NCBI GenBank assembly: GCA_902612095.1
Contig: CACMBZ010000005.1
Coordinates: forward strand, 274 to 64,273
Source of the DNA: an uncultured Pelagibacteraceae bacterium
GTDB taxonomy: Bacteria; Pseudomonadota; Alphaproteobacteria; Pelagibacterales; AG-422-B15
Reading direction: 5' to 3'
DNA: 64,000 bases
The position numbers and the translations under genes were made by a program. Shown here piece after piece: positions 1 to 10,722 of this stretch. Each line of letters starts with the position of its first letter. The stretch's first letter is position 1. A model generated the notes under the pieces. That model saw only the letters and a list, made by a program, of their open reading frames with translations. It searched no databases and was not told the DNA's origin.

Positions 1-16
1 TAAACGGAGGAATTGA

Positions 17-1306
17 ATGTTAGAAAATATCTTTAAATTAAAAGAGAACGGTACCAGTGTAAAAACTGAGTTACTGGCAGGTTTAGCCACGTTCTTAACA
101 ATGGCATATATTATTGTCGTTAATCCAGCCATTTTATCTACTGAGGGAACTGGTATGGATTTTGGCGGTGTATTTGTTGCCACAATCATAGCTGCTGTAG
201 TTGGCTGTTTAATAATGGGCCTATGGGCTAATTGGCCAATTGCCCTAGCGCCTGGTATGGGCTTAAACGCTTTCTTTGCTTTTGGAGTTGTATTTGGGAT
301 GGGTTATACTTACCAGCAGGCTCTTGCCGCAGTGTTTATTGCAGGGATAGTATTTTTAATTTTATCTGTAACACCAGCGCGTCAGTGGATAATAAATAGC
401 ATACCAAAAAGTATGAAGTTTGGCGTAGGGGCGGGCATAGGCTTGTTCTTAGCAATTATAGGATTAAAAAATGCTGGTGTGGTTGTTGATAATCCGGCAA
501 CTTTAGTTGGTTTAGGTGATGTAAGTTCAATGCCAGTAATATTAGCTGCCGTCGGTTTCGCAATTATGGCAATTTTAGATAAGCGTGGTGTTCCAGGATC
601 AATCATCATAGGTATACTTGCAGTAAGTATTATTGCTTGGGTAAGCGGTGTGAGTGTAATTGATGGAGTTGTTGGATCAGTCCCACCAGCTGTTCATGCG
701 TTCTCGATGGACTTTAGCCTTATAGCAACAGCAGGTTTTATTGGTGTTGCATTTGCTTTTCTTTTTGTAGACTTTTTCGATACCGCCGGAACTCTTACTT
801 CAGTTGCTAATTTAACTGGTAAAGTTGACCAAGACGGAAACGTTGATGGGATAGGTAGAGCAGTTTTAGCAGACTCCACCGCTACAACAATAGGTGCATT
901 AGTTGGAACGTCCAATACCACATCATACATTGAATCTGGAGCTGGTGTTAAAGAAGGTGGGCGAACAGGACTCACAGCTGTTGCTGTTGCAGTTCTTTTT
1001 GCAATCTGTTTATTTTTAGCACCATTAGCTCAAAGTATTCCTGCATTTGCAACTGCTCCAGCTCTAGTGTTTGTTGCAACATTCTTTTTGAAAAACCTAA
1101 GGGATATAGAATGGGATGACGTCAGTGAATATGCTCCAGCAGTGTTAGCGGCAGTTTTGATGCCTCTTACATTTAGCATTGCTCATGGAATTGCACTTGG
1201 CTTTATAGCATACGTTGTAATTAAAGCACTAAGTGGTAGACATGAGGACCTGAATGCTGGTTCGATAGTAATTGGAGTATTATCGGTACTATACTTTATC
1301 TTCTAG
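17..1306 (+). CDS. NCS2/AzgA-family purine (adenine/guanine/hypoxanthine) permease
   Basis: 429-aa polytopic membrane ORF. The N-terminus MLENIFKLKENGTSVKTELLAGLATFLTMAYIIVVNP is typical of AzgA/PurP-type permeases. GGAGG RBS just upstream. Convergent with gpt. Confidence 0.85.
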   Translation: MLENIFKLKENGTSVKTELLAGLATFLTMAYIIVVNPAILSTEGTGMDFGGVFVATIIAAVVGCLIMGLWANWPIALAPGMGLNAFFAFGVVFGMGYTYQQALAAVFIAGIVFLILSVTPARQWIINSIPKSMKFGVGAGIGLFLAIIGLKNAGVVVDNPATLVGLGDVSSMPVILAAVGFAIMAILDKRGVPGSIIIGILAVSIIAWVSGVSVIDGVVGSVPPAVHAFSMDFSLIATAGFIGVAFAFLFVDFFDTAGTLTSVANLTGKVDQDGNVDGIGRAVLADSTATTIGALVGTSNTTSYIESGAGVKEGGRTGLTAVAVAVLFAICLFLAPLAQSIPAFATAPALVFVATFFLKNLRDIEWDDVSEYAPAVLAAVLMPLTFSIAHGIALGFIAYVVIKALSGRHEDLNAGSIVIGVLSVLYFIF

Positions 1307-1311
1307 TTTAG

Positions 1312-1758
1312 TTAATGATTGGCTTTGTCTTCCTCATCCCAGGGGAAGACAGGCCAAGTTTCTTGTGTAATTTCCTCAACATATGTATCAGCTAGAGGTA
1401 GACCTCTTGGTTTCGCATATATTACAGCTAAGTGCATATTAGGCATGTATTCCTTTAGCGCTTTAGCGGTACCGCCCTTATCAACAATATCATCTATGAC
1501 GAGTACAACTTCATCAGTTTTCGGAGCTCTGTGAACAATTGCTTTTCCAGCCTCTCTATGGATATAACTTTGTATGGAAACAATATCTACGTCCTGGATT
1601 CCAAGAGTGTAAGCGACAACTGAAGCAGGTACAAATCCACCTCGAGAAACAACAACCATTTTATCAAATTTAATGTTTTTTTCTTTTATGAGATGCGCAA
1701 GCTTAACCGCTTTTTCGTGCATTTCTTCATATGAAGGAAATTCTAGTTTATGGTCCAT
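1312..1758 (-). CDS. gpt: xanthine-guanine phosphoribosyltransferase
   Basis: 148 aa. VVSRGGFVPASVVA and the PRPP-binding loop VLVIDDIVDKGGTA, plus the C-terminal ETWPVFPWD, align with my recollection of E. coli Gpt along its length. Confidence 0.85.
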   Translation of the reverse strand: MDHKLEFPSYEEMHEKAVKLAHLIKEKNIKFDKMVVVSRGGFVPASVVAYTLGIQDVDIVSIQSYIHREAGKAIVHRAPKTDEVVLVIDDIVDKGGTAKALKEYMPNMHLAVIYAKPRGLPLADTYVEEITQETWPVFPWDEEDKANH

Positions 1759-1760
1759 GA

Positions 1761-2849
1761 TTAATTTTTAAATAAAAAATGCATTACGTCACCATCTTGT
1801 ACTACATAATCCTTACCTTCGCTACGCATCTTTCCAAGTTCTTTCGCTTTTGACTCTCCTTCACAATCTAAATAGTCTGTATATGATATAGTTTCAGCTC
1901 TAATGAAGCCTTTCTCAAAGTCAGTGTGGATTTTTCCTGCAGCTTTTGGTGCAGTAGTGCCATTTTCAATTGTCCATGCCCTTGTTTCCTGTTCGCCAGC
2001 TGTGAAATAAGTAATTAAGTTAAGAGTCGAATATCCAGCTTTTATTACCTTATTCAAGCCTGACTCATCCAATCCAAGACTTTCAAGATAATCTTTTTGA
2101 TCCTCTTCATTTAAAGACGAGATTTGCGACTCAATTTCTGCTGAAATCTTAATTAATTTATTATTCAGGAAATTTTCAATTTTTAAAGTTAGTTCATTAC
2201 CATCAATTATTGAATTTTCATCAACATTACATACATAAATTGTTGGCTTTATTGTTATTAAGTTGAACTCTTTTATTTGTGCGAAGATTTCATTTAAATT
2301 CTTCATTAAAATAGCAGGTTGACCTAATTCCAAGTGTTTAAGAAGAAGGTTCAAAGCCTCTGTTTTTAATTTGGCTTCTTTATCACCTTTTTTTATAAGT
2401 TTTTCTAATCCTTTATTTATTTTTTCGAGTTGTTCGATGTCGGATAGAACTAATTCAGTATTTATCGTTTCAATATCATCAACCGGATCAATTTTATTGT
2501 TTACATGAGTAATATTAGTATCTTTAAAACAGCGAACTACATGGATAACTGCATCTACTTCTCTAATATGAGATAAAAATTTATTTCCTAGTCCCTCTCC
2601 TTTAGAAGCACCTTTAACTAAACCCGCTATATCGAAAAAACTAAGAGATGTTGGTATTGTTTTTTTTGATTTTGCTAAATTTGATAGAGTTTCTACTCTT
2701 GCATCAGGCACTATTACAGTACCCTCATTTGGTTCAATGGTACAAAAAGGGTAGTTTGCTGCTTCAGCGGCTATTTTCTTTGTTAATGCATTAAACAATG
2801 TTGATTTTCCAACATTTGGCAATCCAACAATTCCACACTTAAATCCCAT
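1761..2849 (-). CDS. ychF: redox-regulated ribosome-binding ATPase YchF
   Basis: 362 aa. MGFKCGIVGLPNVGKSTLFNALT P-loop, central coiled-coil insert and C-terminal TGS-like domain (YVVQDGDVMHFLF). Confidence 0.95.
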   Translation of the reverse strand: MGFKCGIVGLPNVGKSTLFNALTKKIAAEAANYPFCTIEPNEGTVIVPDARVETLSNLAKSKKTIPTSLSFFDIAGLVKGASKGEGLGNKFLSHIREVDAVIHVVRCFKDTNITHVNNKIDPVDDIETINTELVLSDIEQLEKINKGLEKLIKKGDKEAKLKTEALNLLLKHLELGQPAILMKNLNEIFAQIKEFNLITIKPTIYVCNVDENSIIDGNELTLKIENFLNNKLIKISAEIESQISSLNEEDQKDYLESLGLDESGLNKVIKAGYSTLNLITYFTAGEQETRAWTIENGTTAPKAAGKIHTDFEKGFIRAETISYTDYLDCEGESKAKELGKMRSEGKDYVVQDGDVMHFLFKN

Positions 2850-2855
2850 GATTGA

Positions 2856-3410
2856 TTATTTTAAATTGTTAATAAATTTGGATTTTTCTCCATCCAATAA
2901 TATTTTTATATTTTCAGACATTTTAATATTTAATTCATTAATAACTTCTAACTCACTTTTTTTAAAATTACTTAATACATGTTTATTAACCATTTCTTTA
3001 TTGCCCGGATGATTTATACCTATTCTTATTCTATTATAATTTTTTCCAATTTTACTATCTATTGATTTGAGCCCATTATGACCTGCGGAAGAACCCCCCA
3101 ACTTGATTTTTATTTTTCCTAAAGTGATATCTAGATCATCATGAATAACATAAGTAAAATTTGATTTAATTTTGAAAAAGTTTAAAAAAGTTGCAATACT
3201 TTTACCACACTCATTCATATAATCATTGGATTTATAGGTGTATATTTTTTTCTTTCCAATAAGAAACGATGCCAACTCCCCATCAAATTTCTTTTCTCTC
3301 ATTACATCATAATGAACTTGTAAAAGTTGATCGATAAATAAATAGCCCACATTATGTCTATTATTTTTATGCTTTGTGCCAGGATTCCCTAATCCGATTA
3401 ATGCAATCAT
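2856..3410 (-). CDS. pth: peptidyl-tRNA hydrolase
   Basis: 184 aa. LIGLGNPG...RHNVG N-terminus and GGSSAGHNGLKSI motif. Conserved pth-rplY-prs neighbourhood. Confidence 0.9.
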   Translation of the reverse strand: MIALIGLGNPGTKHKNNRHNVGYLFIDQLLQVHYDVMREKKFDGELASFLIGKKKIYTYKSNDYMNECGKSIATFLNFFKIKSNFTYVIHDDLDITLGKIKIKLGGSSAGHNGLKSIDSKIGKNYNRIRIGINHPGNKEMVNKHVLSNFKKSELEVINELNIKMSENIKILLDGEKSKFINNLK

Positions 3411-3455
3411 ATGATTGAAGATATATAAATATCAAAATAGGTAAAAGAAAAAGTG

Positions 3456-4154
3456 TTATTCTTTATCTTTGTTTTCTTCTTTGTTATCAGCCTCTGGAGC
3501 TGCATCTTTTTTATCTTCAGCAGCAGAACCCTCAGTAGCTTCACCTTCAGCAGCCTCACCTTCTGCAGGAGCTTCAGGTTCTTTTACAACAGTAGGTGCA
3601 GCAACAGATGCTACAGTGAAATCTCTATCACTAATTGTTGGAGAAATTCCGTCACCTAAATTTGCTGCTGAAATTCTGATTGTGTCACCTATTTCTAAAC
3701 CCTCTAGATCGAAAACTATCTCTTCAGGTATATTATTAGCAGGGCAACTTAGTTGAACAGTACGTCTATTAACATTTAGAACGCCACCTCGTTTTAATCC
3801 AGGTGATAACTCTTCATTTATAAACCTAGTAGGAATGTCCAAAGTAATTTTTGAGTCTGCAGCTAGTCTCAAAAAATCAATGTGTATAGGTTGATCAGAA
3901 AGTGGATCAAATTGAACCTCTCTTGGAATTGCTAAGCTTTTCTTTCCATCAATGTTAAGTGAAAATATTCTAGTTAGGAAACCACCAGAATTGATCTCTT
4001 TTTGAACTGTAATCTTATCTAATGAAATATTGACAGGGTTTTCACCTAAACCATACATAACTGAAGGAATCTTACCAGCAGCTAGTACTTTTTTTACAGC
4101 GGATTTACCAGATCCATCCCTGATTTCAGCGTTTAAATTACTTTCTTTGCTCAT
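3456..4154 (-). CDS. rplY: 50S ribosomal protein L25/general stress protein Ctc, with acidic low-complexity tail
   Basis: 232 aa. Long-form L25 with G(K)IP(S)V(M)YG motif. The C-terminal E/A/P/K-rich tail is common in alphaproteobacterial Ctc. Confidence 0.9.
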   Translation of the reverse strand: MSKESNLNAEIRDGSGKSAVKKVLAAGKIPSVMYGLGENPVNISLDKITVQKEINSGGFLTRIFSLNIDGKKSLAIPREVQFDPLSDQPIHIDFLRLAADSKITLDIPTRFINEELSPGLKRGGVLNVNRRTVQLSCPANNIPEEIVFDLEGLEIGDTIRISAANLGDGISPTISDRDFTVASVAAPTVVKEPEAPAEGEAAEGEATEGSAAEDKKDAAPEADNKEENKDKE

Positions 4155-4205
4155 AACGATGAGGTTGGTATTAAATTAAAATTACCTATATGGCAAGTAT
4201 ATAAA

Positions 4206-5141
4206 TCAAAATTCAAATAGACTTGATACTGAGCTCGCCTCGGATATCCTCTTAATAGCCTCGCCCAATAAATCTGAGATACTAATCGACCTAATTTTCT
4301 CACAAGCTTTTAATTTTTCCTCATTATTGATTGAATCTGTAATTACTAGTTCAGTCAATTTTGATGCGCTAATTTTCTCTAATGCTTTTCCTGTTAATAC
4401 TCCGTGCGTAACATATGAAGTGATACTGTTAGCTCCTAAATCTATAATTTTGTCAGCTGCATTACAAATTGTTCCCGCTGAATCAATGATATCATCTAGA
4501 ATAATACAATCTTTTCCTTTTACGTCTCCAATGATATTCATTACTTCACTTTCACCTGCTTTGGGTCTTCTTTTATCAACAATAGCAATTGAGGCACCGA
4601 TCTTATTTGCAATCGCTCTTGCCCTCACAACTCCACCAATATCAGGAGAAACTGCAACTAGATTACTAATTTCATATTTTTGTTTTATGTCTTTTGAAAA
4701 CACTGGACCTGCAAATAAATTATCTGTTGGTATGTCAAAAAATCCTTGTATCTGTTCAGCATGAAGATCTAAAGTAAGTACTCTGTCTGCTCCAGCAGTT
4801 GTTATTAAATTTGCAACTAATTTTGCTGAGATAGGAGTTCTTGGCCCTGGTTTTCTATCTTGACGTGCATATCCATAATAAGGGATCACAGCAGTAATCC
4901 TTTTTGCTGAAGCTCTTTTAAGTGCATCTATCATCACCAGTAGCTCCATTATATTGTCATTTGCTGGGTAAGATAGAGACTCCATTACGAATACATCCTC
5001 ACCACGAATGTTCTCTTTAATTTCTACATAAACTTCATCATCAGCAAATCTTGTAATAGAAGCATTTGTAAGGTTTTCGCCAAGATATTCTGCGACACTC
5101 TTAGATAAAGGTAAATTGCTGTTTCCTGCAATAATTCTCAT
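4206..5141 (-). CDS. prs: ribose-phosphate pyrophosphokinase
   Basis: 311 aa. [12 protein letters not shown] and [11 protein letters not shown] motifs, plus the PRPP loop [11 protein letters not shown]. Confidence 0.95.
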   Translation of the reverse strand: MRIIAGNSNLPLSKSVAEYLGENLTNASITRFADDEVYVEIKENIRGEDVFVMESLSYPANDNIMELLVMIDALKRASAKRITAVIPYYGYARQDRKPGPRTPISAKLVANLITTAGADRVLTLDLHAEQIQGFFDIPTDNLFAGPVFSKDIKQKYEISNLVAVSPDIGGVVRARAIANKIGASIAIVDKRRPKAGESEVMNIIGDVKGKDCIILDDIIDSAGTICNAADKIIDLGANSITSYVTHGVLTGKALEKISASKLTELVITDSINNEEKLKACEKIRSISISDLLGEAIKRISEASSVSSLFEF

Positions 5142-5143
5142 AT

Positions 5144-5899
5144 TTATCTGTCTTTTATAACAATTGTTGAAATCATTCTACCATAATCGGTTATATTTTT
5201 TTTATAATTTCTTCGATAGCTAAAACATAATGTTTCTTCGCTGAAAGTATCGACATCAACAATCTCGTGGTTAGTAATTTGCTCATCAGAAAGTATCTTG
5301 AGAATGAATTCAGTAAGCGAAAACAGATATCTATCATTATGATTTTTTTGAAAAAATCTTGCATTATCTTGATCTTGTCTAATAAAGTTTTTGTAAAAAG
5401 GTAGTCTTACCTCATAGGATTTTTGTCTTATACATGGGCCAATACTGCAGCGTATATTATCTCTCTTTCCGCCCAGCTTAGTTATTTGTAAAATTGTATT
5501 TTGAATTATGCCATTCAAGGCACCTTTCCAGCCTGCATGACAAGCTCCTATTATTTCATTTTTCACTTCATAAAATAATAATGGAGCACAATCAGCCGTT
5601 AATACTGATAAGATTTTATTATTTTCTTTAGTTACAATTCCGTCACATTTTAAAATTTCAGACTTATTGCTGCCATCTAAAACTATTGCATTAGAAGAGT
5701 GTGTTTGATGCATCGTAATAATATCAGACTTTTTTAAACCGTAATATCTAGAAATAGTGACTAAATTTTCTTCAATTGCACCATTCTCATCTTTTGATCC
5801 TTTTCCACAATTTAATGATTTATATCTTCCTTGCGAAACACCACCCAATCTTGAAAAGAAACAATGATCTATATTTGAGAGATTTTTTGTAAAAAACAT
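5144..5899 (-). CDS. pgeF: YfiH/PgeF-family (laccase-domain, DUF152) protein
   Basis: 251 aa. TADCAPLL and CHAGWKG motifs characteristic of the YfiH family. Confidence 0.8.
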   Translation of the reverse strand: MFFTKNLSNIDHCFFSRLGGVSQGRYKSLNCGKGSKDENGAIEENLVTISRYYGLKKSDIITMHQTHSSNAIVLDGSNKSEILKCDGIVTKENNKILSVLTADCAPLLFYEVKNEIIGACHAGWKGALNGIIQNTILQITKLGGKRDNIRCSIGPCIRQKSYEVRLPFYKNFIRQDQDNARFFQKNHNDRYLFSLTEFILKILSDEQITNHEIVDVDTFSEETLCFSYRRNYKKNITDYGRMISTIVIKDR

Positions 5900-6927
5900 T
5901 AAATATTAATTTCCAAAACTTTAAATAAATTTCCCATATATTCTCTTTTGGTAAGTATTGCCAACTGTTCGTTTATTTGCTTCTCTTTCTTTGGGTTTTT
6001 CTTAATTAAGATATTAGCTCGATCTAAAATTCCATTTTGCCGAAGGAAATTAGATTGAGTATTTATTATAAAGTCATCAATTTTATTTTCTTCTAAAATA
6101 TTTTGCAGGTTATTAAAGTCTACATGATACGTGATATCTTGATTACCTGGGTTATCAAGAAAATCAGTTTTTTTATTTGATTTAATTGACTGAAGTGTGC
6201 TTATCTTAGGTAGATTAATATATCCATAATCAATTAGTAAGAAAAAACCATTATTCATAAGCAAGAAATTGATCAATTCCTGAAAGATTAAATTAGTCTC
6301 AGGAGAAAATTCAATTACCTCAAGATGTTTAAGGTCTTGCATATTTTTTATAAATTTAGAAATATCTGGTCTCGGCTTAATAAAGTCAAATCTTAGACTA
6401 TCATTTTGATCCAATTTAATAACTGTTTCATAAATATTTCCGTTCCTACTCATTAATTGGCGCGTAGGTATCGCATCAAAAAACTCATTTGCAATTATTA
6501 CTGAAAATTCACTGGGATATGAATTAAAATTTTTATGTATTTTACAATTAGGATAGGTATTTTTTAGATTTTGAATGTAGAATTTATTAATTTCATTAAA
6601 GTGAATTGTATACTCGACTCCTTCATCTAATAAAGCATTGAGTACTCTAGTAATATCATTTATCAGAGCGCCTCTTCCTGGTCCTAGTTCAATTAAATTA
6701 AACTTTTTTATGTTTCTTGCATGAATGAGGTTTAATATTTTTACAGCAATTATTTCACCAAACATTTGAGATATTTCAGGTGCAGTTACAAAATCTCCAT
6801 CTTTGCCTATAGCTTTTTTAGACGTATAGTATCCATGCTCTTCATCTCTTAATGAAATATTCATAAAATCATCTAGATAGAGAAATGCACTTTCTTTTAA
6901 AGCATCGTAAATTTTATCTTGTATCAT
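5899..6927 (-). CDS. SAM-dependent methyltransferase, MidA/NDUFAF7 (DUF185) family
   Basis: 342 aa. GDFVTAPEISQMFGE and LIELGPGRGAL motifs typical of MidA. Confidence 0.75.
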   Translation of the reverse strand: MIQDKIYDALKESAFLYLDDFMNISLRDEEHGYYTSKKAIGKDGDFVTAPEISQMFGEIIAVKILNLIHARNIKKFNLIELGPGRGALINDITRVLNALLDEGVEYTIHFNEINKFYIQNLKNTYPNCKIHKNFNSYPSEFSVIIANEFFDAIPTRQLMSRNGNIYETVIKLDQNDSLRFDFIKPRPDISKFIKNMQDLKHLEVIEFSPETNLIFQELINFLLMNNGFFLLIDYGYINLPKISTLQSIKSNKKTDFLDNPGNQDITYHVDFNNLQNILEENKIDDFIINTQSNFLRQNGILDRANILIKKNPKKEKQINEQLAILTKREYMGNLFKVLEINI

Positions 6928-7726
6928 TTTTAATGCTTTTAATTACTAAAATTAAAATTCCAGCAAGAAACATTGGTAAAGATAATATCATGCCCATTGT
7001 AAGAAAATGATATACAAATCCTAATTGAATATCGGGCTCGCGTGTAAATTCAACAGTAAATCGAAATAATCCATAAAGCATCAAAAAGACACCTGAAATT
7101 ATTCCAGGGTTTTTAAGTTTTTTAAATTTAAAAATTAAAAAATTTAAAATTATAAATAATAAAAGTCCTTCTAAAAAAGCTTCATATAATTGACTTGGAT
7201 GACGATACTGGTTGTCAGCGTTTGGAAATTTCATTCCAATAAGAAAATTCGAAGGTCTACCAAATAATTCGCCATTAATAAAATTAGATATTCTGCCAAA
7301 AAATATTCCAACAGGAGCTGATACACATATCAAATCGCTTATTTCAAAAAAAGTAGTTTTATAGAACTTTGAAATTATTATGGCGGCTATAACAATACCA
7401 AGCAGACCTCCGTGAAAGGATAAACCCCCTTGCCAAAGATATAATATCTCAATTAGATTTTCAGAATAATAATCATAATTATAGAAAATCACATATCCCA
7501 ATCGTGCTCCTATAATTAATCCAATTATTGAATAAAAAATTAGATCATCTATTAGTTTTTCATTGATGCTATTACTATGAGAAACTGCTTTATTTGAAGC
7601 GAGATATTTAATATATCTCCAAGCAAATATAAATCCTACAATATACGCAAGTGAGTACCAACGGATATCAAGAGGACCAATCGAAAAAAAAACTGGACTA
7701 ATAGATGGAAAACTAAGATAAATCAC
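6914..7726 (-). CDS. lgt: prolipoprotein diacylglyceryl transferase
   Basis: 270 aa membrane protein. IRWYSLAYIVGF, GGLSFHGGLLG, GRISNFINGELFGRP and HPSQLYEA motifs. Confidence 0.92.
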   Translation of the reverse strand: MIYLSFPSISPVFFSIGPLDIRWYSLAYIVGFIFAWRYIKYLASNKAVSHSNSINEKLIDDLIFYSIIGLIIGARLGYVIFYNYDYYSENLIEILYLWQGGLSFHGGLLGIVIAAIIISKFYKTTFFEISDLICVSAPVGIFFGRISNFINGELFGRPSNFLIGMKFPNADNQYRHPSQLYEAFLEGLLLFIILNFLIFKFKKLKNPGIISGVFLMLYGLFRFTVEFTREPDIQLGFVYHFLTMGMILSLPMFLAGILILVIKSIKNDTR

Positions 7727-7888
7727 GTTAATTTTGAATAATATTTAAAATATATTTATCACTAATTATGATCACAAGGAAAGTTTTAATTAATAAATTT
7801 GTTAACTTTGTTACAAAAGGCTTTGAGCTTTCGCAGGCGATCAATGATGAATACAAAACGATAAAAAAGTTTAAAAAAGATAGAAATA

Positions 7889-8740
7889 ATGCCAAAGAAA
7901 AAAAACACTGCAAGTAGTTTAAATAAAGAAAAATTTTTAATAATTGGTGCTGGTAATATGGGAATTGCTGTGATCAAGTCATTATTTAACCACCGAATTT
8001 CCTCAAAAAAAATTGTGGTTATTGAAAAGAATCAGTCAAGCGAATTGAAAAAATTAAAAAGATCAAATAATTTTGAAATAAAAAATAGCATAGATAAAAT
8101 TAATTATCTTTATCAACCTACAATCACACTTATCGCTGTTAAGCCTAATCAATTAAAAACACTGAATGGATTAGATAAAGATAATAGACTTGGTAATTCA
8201 ATTATAGTTTCCGTTGTTGCTGGTAAAAAAATAAAAGATTTAAATAAAGTCTTCAAAAAAACATCAGGTATTGTAAGAGCTATGACTAATACTCCTGTAT
8301 CTGTTAATATGGGTACCACAATTGTATATTTTGAGAGAAAAATAAAAACAAAACAAAAAAAACCTATTCTTGATTTCATGTCCTTATTGGGGCAAGTCAG
8401 TGAAACCAAAAAAGAAGATTTAATTGATGATTTCACTGCAATTTTTGGAAGTGGTCCAGCATACATATATCTTTTTATAAATTCTCTCATTGAGATAGCT
8501 AATAAATCAGGGTTTAAAAATTCGGACAGTATGGTTTTACAGACTTTCCTGGGATCAATATTACTTTTATTAAGTGGTCAAAAAAAGCCTTCTGATTTAC
8601 AGAAAAAGGTGACAAGTAAGGGAGGCACCACTGAAGCAGCGCTGAGTATTCTTGCTTCCAATAAAGGATTAAAAAGTCTTCTTACAAGAGCTGTCATCAA
8701 AGCAACAAAAAGATCTAGAGAATTGAGTAAAATTTCTTAA
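7889..8740 (+). CDS. proC: pyrroline-5-carboxylate reductase
   Basis: 283 aa. Rossmann IIGAGNMG, RAMTNTP and KVTSKGGTTEAAL motifs. The N-terminal ~15 aa are uncertain. Confidence 0.85.
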   Translation: MPKKKNTASSLNKEKFLIIGAGNMGIAVIKSLFNHRISSKKIVVIEKNQSSELKKLKRSNNFEIKNSIDKINYLYQPTITLIAVKPNQLKTLNGLDKDNRLGNSIIVSVVAGKKIKDLNKVFKKTSGIVRAMTNTPVSVNMGTTIVYFERKIKTKQKKPILDFMSLLGQVSETKKEDLIDDFTAIFGSGPAYIYLFINSLIEIANKSGFKNSDSMVLQTFLGSILLLLSGQKKPSDLQKKVTSKGGTTEAALSILASNKGLKSLLTRAVIKATKRSRELSKIS

Positions 8741-10041
8741 TTTGGTATTTCAATCGCAACCTCTAAACCTCCTAAATAACTGTCGTGCAGTGATATTTTT
8801 CCATTTATTGAATTCAATAAGGATTTAGTAGTAGCTAGACCTAATCCAGAGTTTGAGACATTCTGATTTCTACTTTGGTCTACTCTATAGAAAGGTTTAA
8901 ATACATTATCTTTTTCACTATCAGGAATACCAATTCCATTGTCATGAATGTTTATTTTAATTAGGTTTTTGTTTATATCTGCTTTAATTATTATTTTGTC
9001 AGATTGTACAATCGCATTATTTAATATATTTGTAATTGAGCGAGAAAAAATATTCTCATTTACAAAAACTTCTTCATCATTAATGATTTCAAGGTTTATT
9101 TCATGTTTTGTAAAATGTATATCATTCTTAATATTTATTATTGCTTCAATAGGATTAATTGCGGATTTATCTTTTGACTCATTTATAGCTGCAAAATCTA
9201 AATATTCTACTAGCATCTCATTCATCTGATTTATTTCTAAATTAAGTTCATTTTTAATTTTATTATCTTTTATTGACTCAAGAAGTAACTTCATTCTCGT
9301 GAGAGGAGTTTTTAAGTCGTGACTCACTCCCGCCAACATAAGAGATCGTTGTTCAATTTGTCTTGATATTCGATTTTTCATTTTTAAAAATTCCAAACTT
9401 GCCTGTCTTACTTCGAGGGCACCTGATACTTTGAAATTATTTACTTCTTGTCCTTTACCAAATTGTTCTGCTGCCTTAGCCAAATTCGAAATTGGTTTAA
9501 CTTGATTTTTCAAAAATAAATACGCTATCAAAATAAGGATAAATGATGAAATAATCTGCCACCCTAAAAATATATGGTTTCTTGAGGTTGTAATGCGATG
9601 AATTGGAAAGTTAAAATGTATTACTTTTTCTGAAGTGCTTATCATAACATCGACTGTCTCGTTATCTTGTTCAATAACAAAAAATTCATGATCAATTCGT
9701 GTATCCAATTCATTTTTTAAACTGACAAGTACTTGATTATCGTTTTGTTTTGCTTTTAACTGTTCCAAATCATATTCACTCAATTCTTGGATATTCATTA
9801 GAAAGTAATCACCAAATTGACTTTTGGCTTGATACTGATCTAACCTGATTTCACTTGAGAGCATTCTGTCAGAAATTAATTCTATTTCCATAGCAACAGA
9901 TCTTGATAGGCGGTTGAGTGTGCGTTCCCACAAACTATTATAGTAATATGATAGAATTATTAATTGAAACATAACTATTGGGAACAAAACAATTAACACT
10001 GTTCTTCCTAAAAGACTAGTTGGTAGAATTTTTTTAATCAT
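8737..10041 (-). CDS. two-component sensor histidine kinase (EnvZ-like)
   Basis: 434 aa. Two TM segments, HAMP-like linker, H-box GVSHDLKTPLTRM, N-box ILNNAI, G-boxes DNGIGI and GLGLA. Confidence 0.85.
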   Translation of the reverse strand: MIKKILPTSLLGRTVLIVLFPIVMFQLIILSYYYNSLWERTLNRLSRSVAMEIELISDRMLSSEIRLDQYQAKSQFGDYFLMNIQELSEYDLEQLKAKQNDNQVLVSLKNELDTRIDHEFFVIEQDNETVDVMISTSEKVIHFNFPIHRITTSRNHIFLGWQIISSFILILIAYLFLKNQVKPISNLAKAAEQFGKGQEVNNFKVSGALEVRQASLEFLKMKNRISRQIEQRSLMLAGVSHDLKTPLTRMKLLLESIKDNKIKNELNLEINQMNEMLVEYLDFAAINESKDKSAINPIEAIINIKNDIHFTKHEINLEIINDEEVFVNENIFSRSITNILNNAIVQSDKIIIKADINKNLIKINIHDNGIGIPDSEKDNVFKPFYRVDQSRNQNVSNSGLGLATTKSLLNSINGKISLHDSYLGGLEVAIEIPN

Positions 10042-10722
10042 TTAGTCAATCCATAGCTCATAACCAGAACCTCTTTTAGTTTTAAGAAATTTTGGAATCT
10101 TGGGGTCTTTTTCAATTTTTTTTCTTAGTCTATTTATACATACATCCAATGTTCTTTCTTGATTAAAATTAAGTGATGTAATTAGCTCCTCTCTAGAAAA
10201 TGACTTACCAGGAAATTTTGATAATATTCGCAATATTTTTAATTCGTTTTCATTAAGAGATAGTTCAGTTGATTTTCCCTTGATCACTCCACTTTTTAAA
10301 TCAACTATAATATTATCAAGTTGAATTTGTTTAGTTTCTTTTTTTATTGAAGTTTTATTTAAGATATTATTTATGCGTAAAAGTAATTCTTTTGGTTCAA
10401 AAGGTTTTCCCAAATAATCATCTGCTCCAATTTCTAAACCATGGACCCTGTCTTCAGTCTCTCCCATTGCAGTTAGATGGATTATAGGTATTAGGGATTT
10501 TTCACGAATTTCTTTTGTTAATTCATAACCATTTTGTCCTGGCATCATTATGTCAATAACAAGTAAATCAAATGTAATATATTTTAGTACCTCTTTTGCT
10601 TCAGAGGCATTACTTGCTGTTGATACAAGGTACTTATTGTCTACTAAAAATGTCTTTAATAATTCTCTAATCTTATCATCGTCATCAACTAAAAGAATAT
10701 GTAGATTATTTTCACTCATCAA
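10042..10722 (-). CDS. OmpR-family DNA-binding response regulator
   Basis: 226 aa. Receiver domain (ILLVDDD, DLLVIDIMMP, KP) plus a winged-helix output domain ending RGSGYEL. Confidence 0.9.
   Translation of the reverse strand: MMSENNLHILLVDDDDKIRELLKTFLVDNKYLVSTASNASEAKEVLKYITFDLLVIDIMMPGQNGYELTKEIREKSLIPIIHLTAMGETEDRVHGLEIGADDYLGKPFEPKELLLRINNILNKTSIKKETKQIQLDNIIVDLKSGVIKGKSTELSLNENELKILRILSKFPGKSFSREELITSLNFNQERTLDVCINRLRKKIEKDPKIPKFLKTKRGSGYELWID

Noticed and set aside
382-975. Minus-strand ORFs 382-609 and 694-975 inside the purine permease gene
   Set aside because: Antisense to a strongly supported membrane-protein gene. The translations are low-complexity mirror images, with no RBS and no recognisable domains.
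3453-3756. Plus-strand ORFs 3453-3659 and 3469-3756 opposite rplY
   Set aside because: They arise from the repetitive acidic-tail coding region of L25 read on the other strand. The S/A-rich translations are not plausible proteins.
7728-7977. Two minus-strand ORFs (61 and 63 aa) in and around the lgt-proC spacer
   Set aside because: AT-rich F/I/L/K-dominated translations. One overlaps the proC start. The region is better explained as a divergent promoter.
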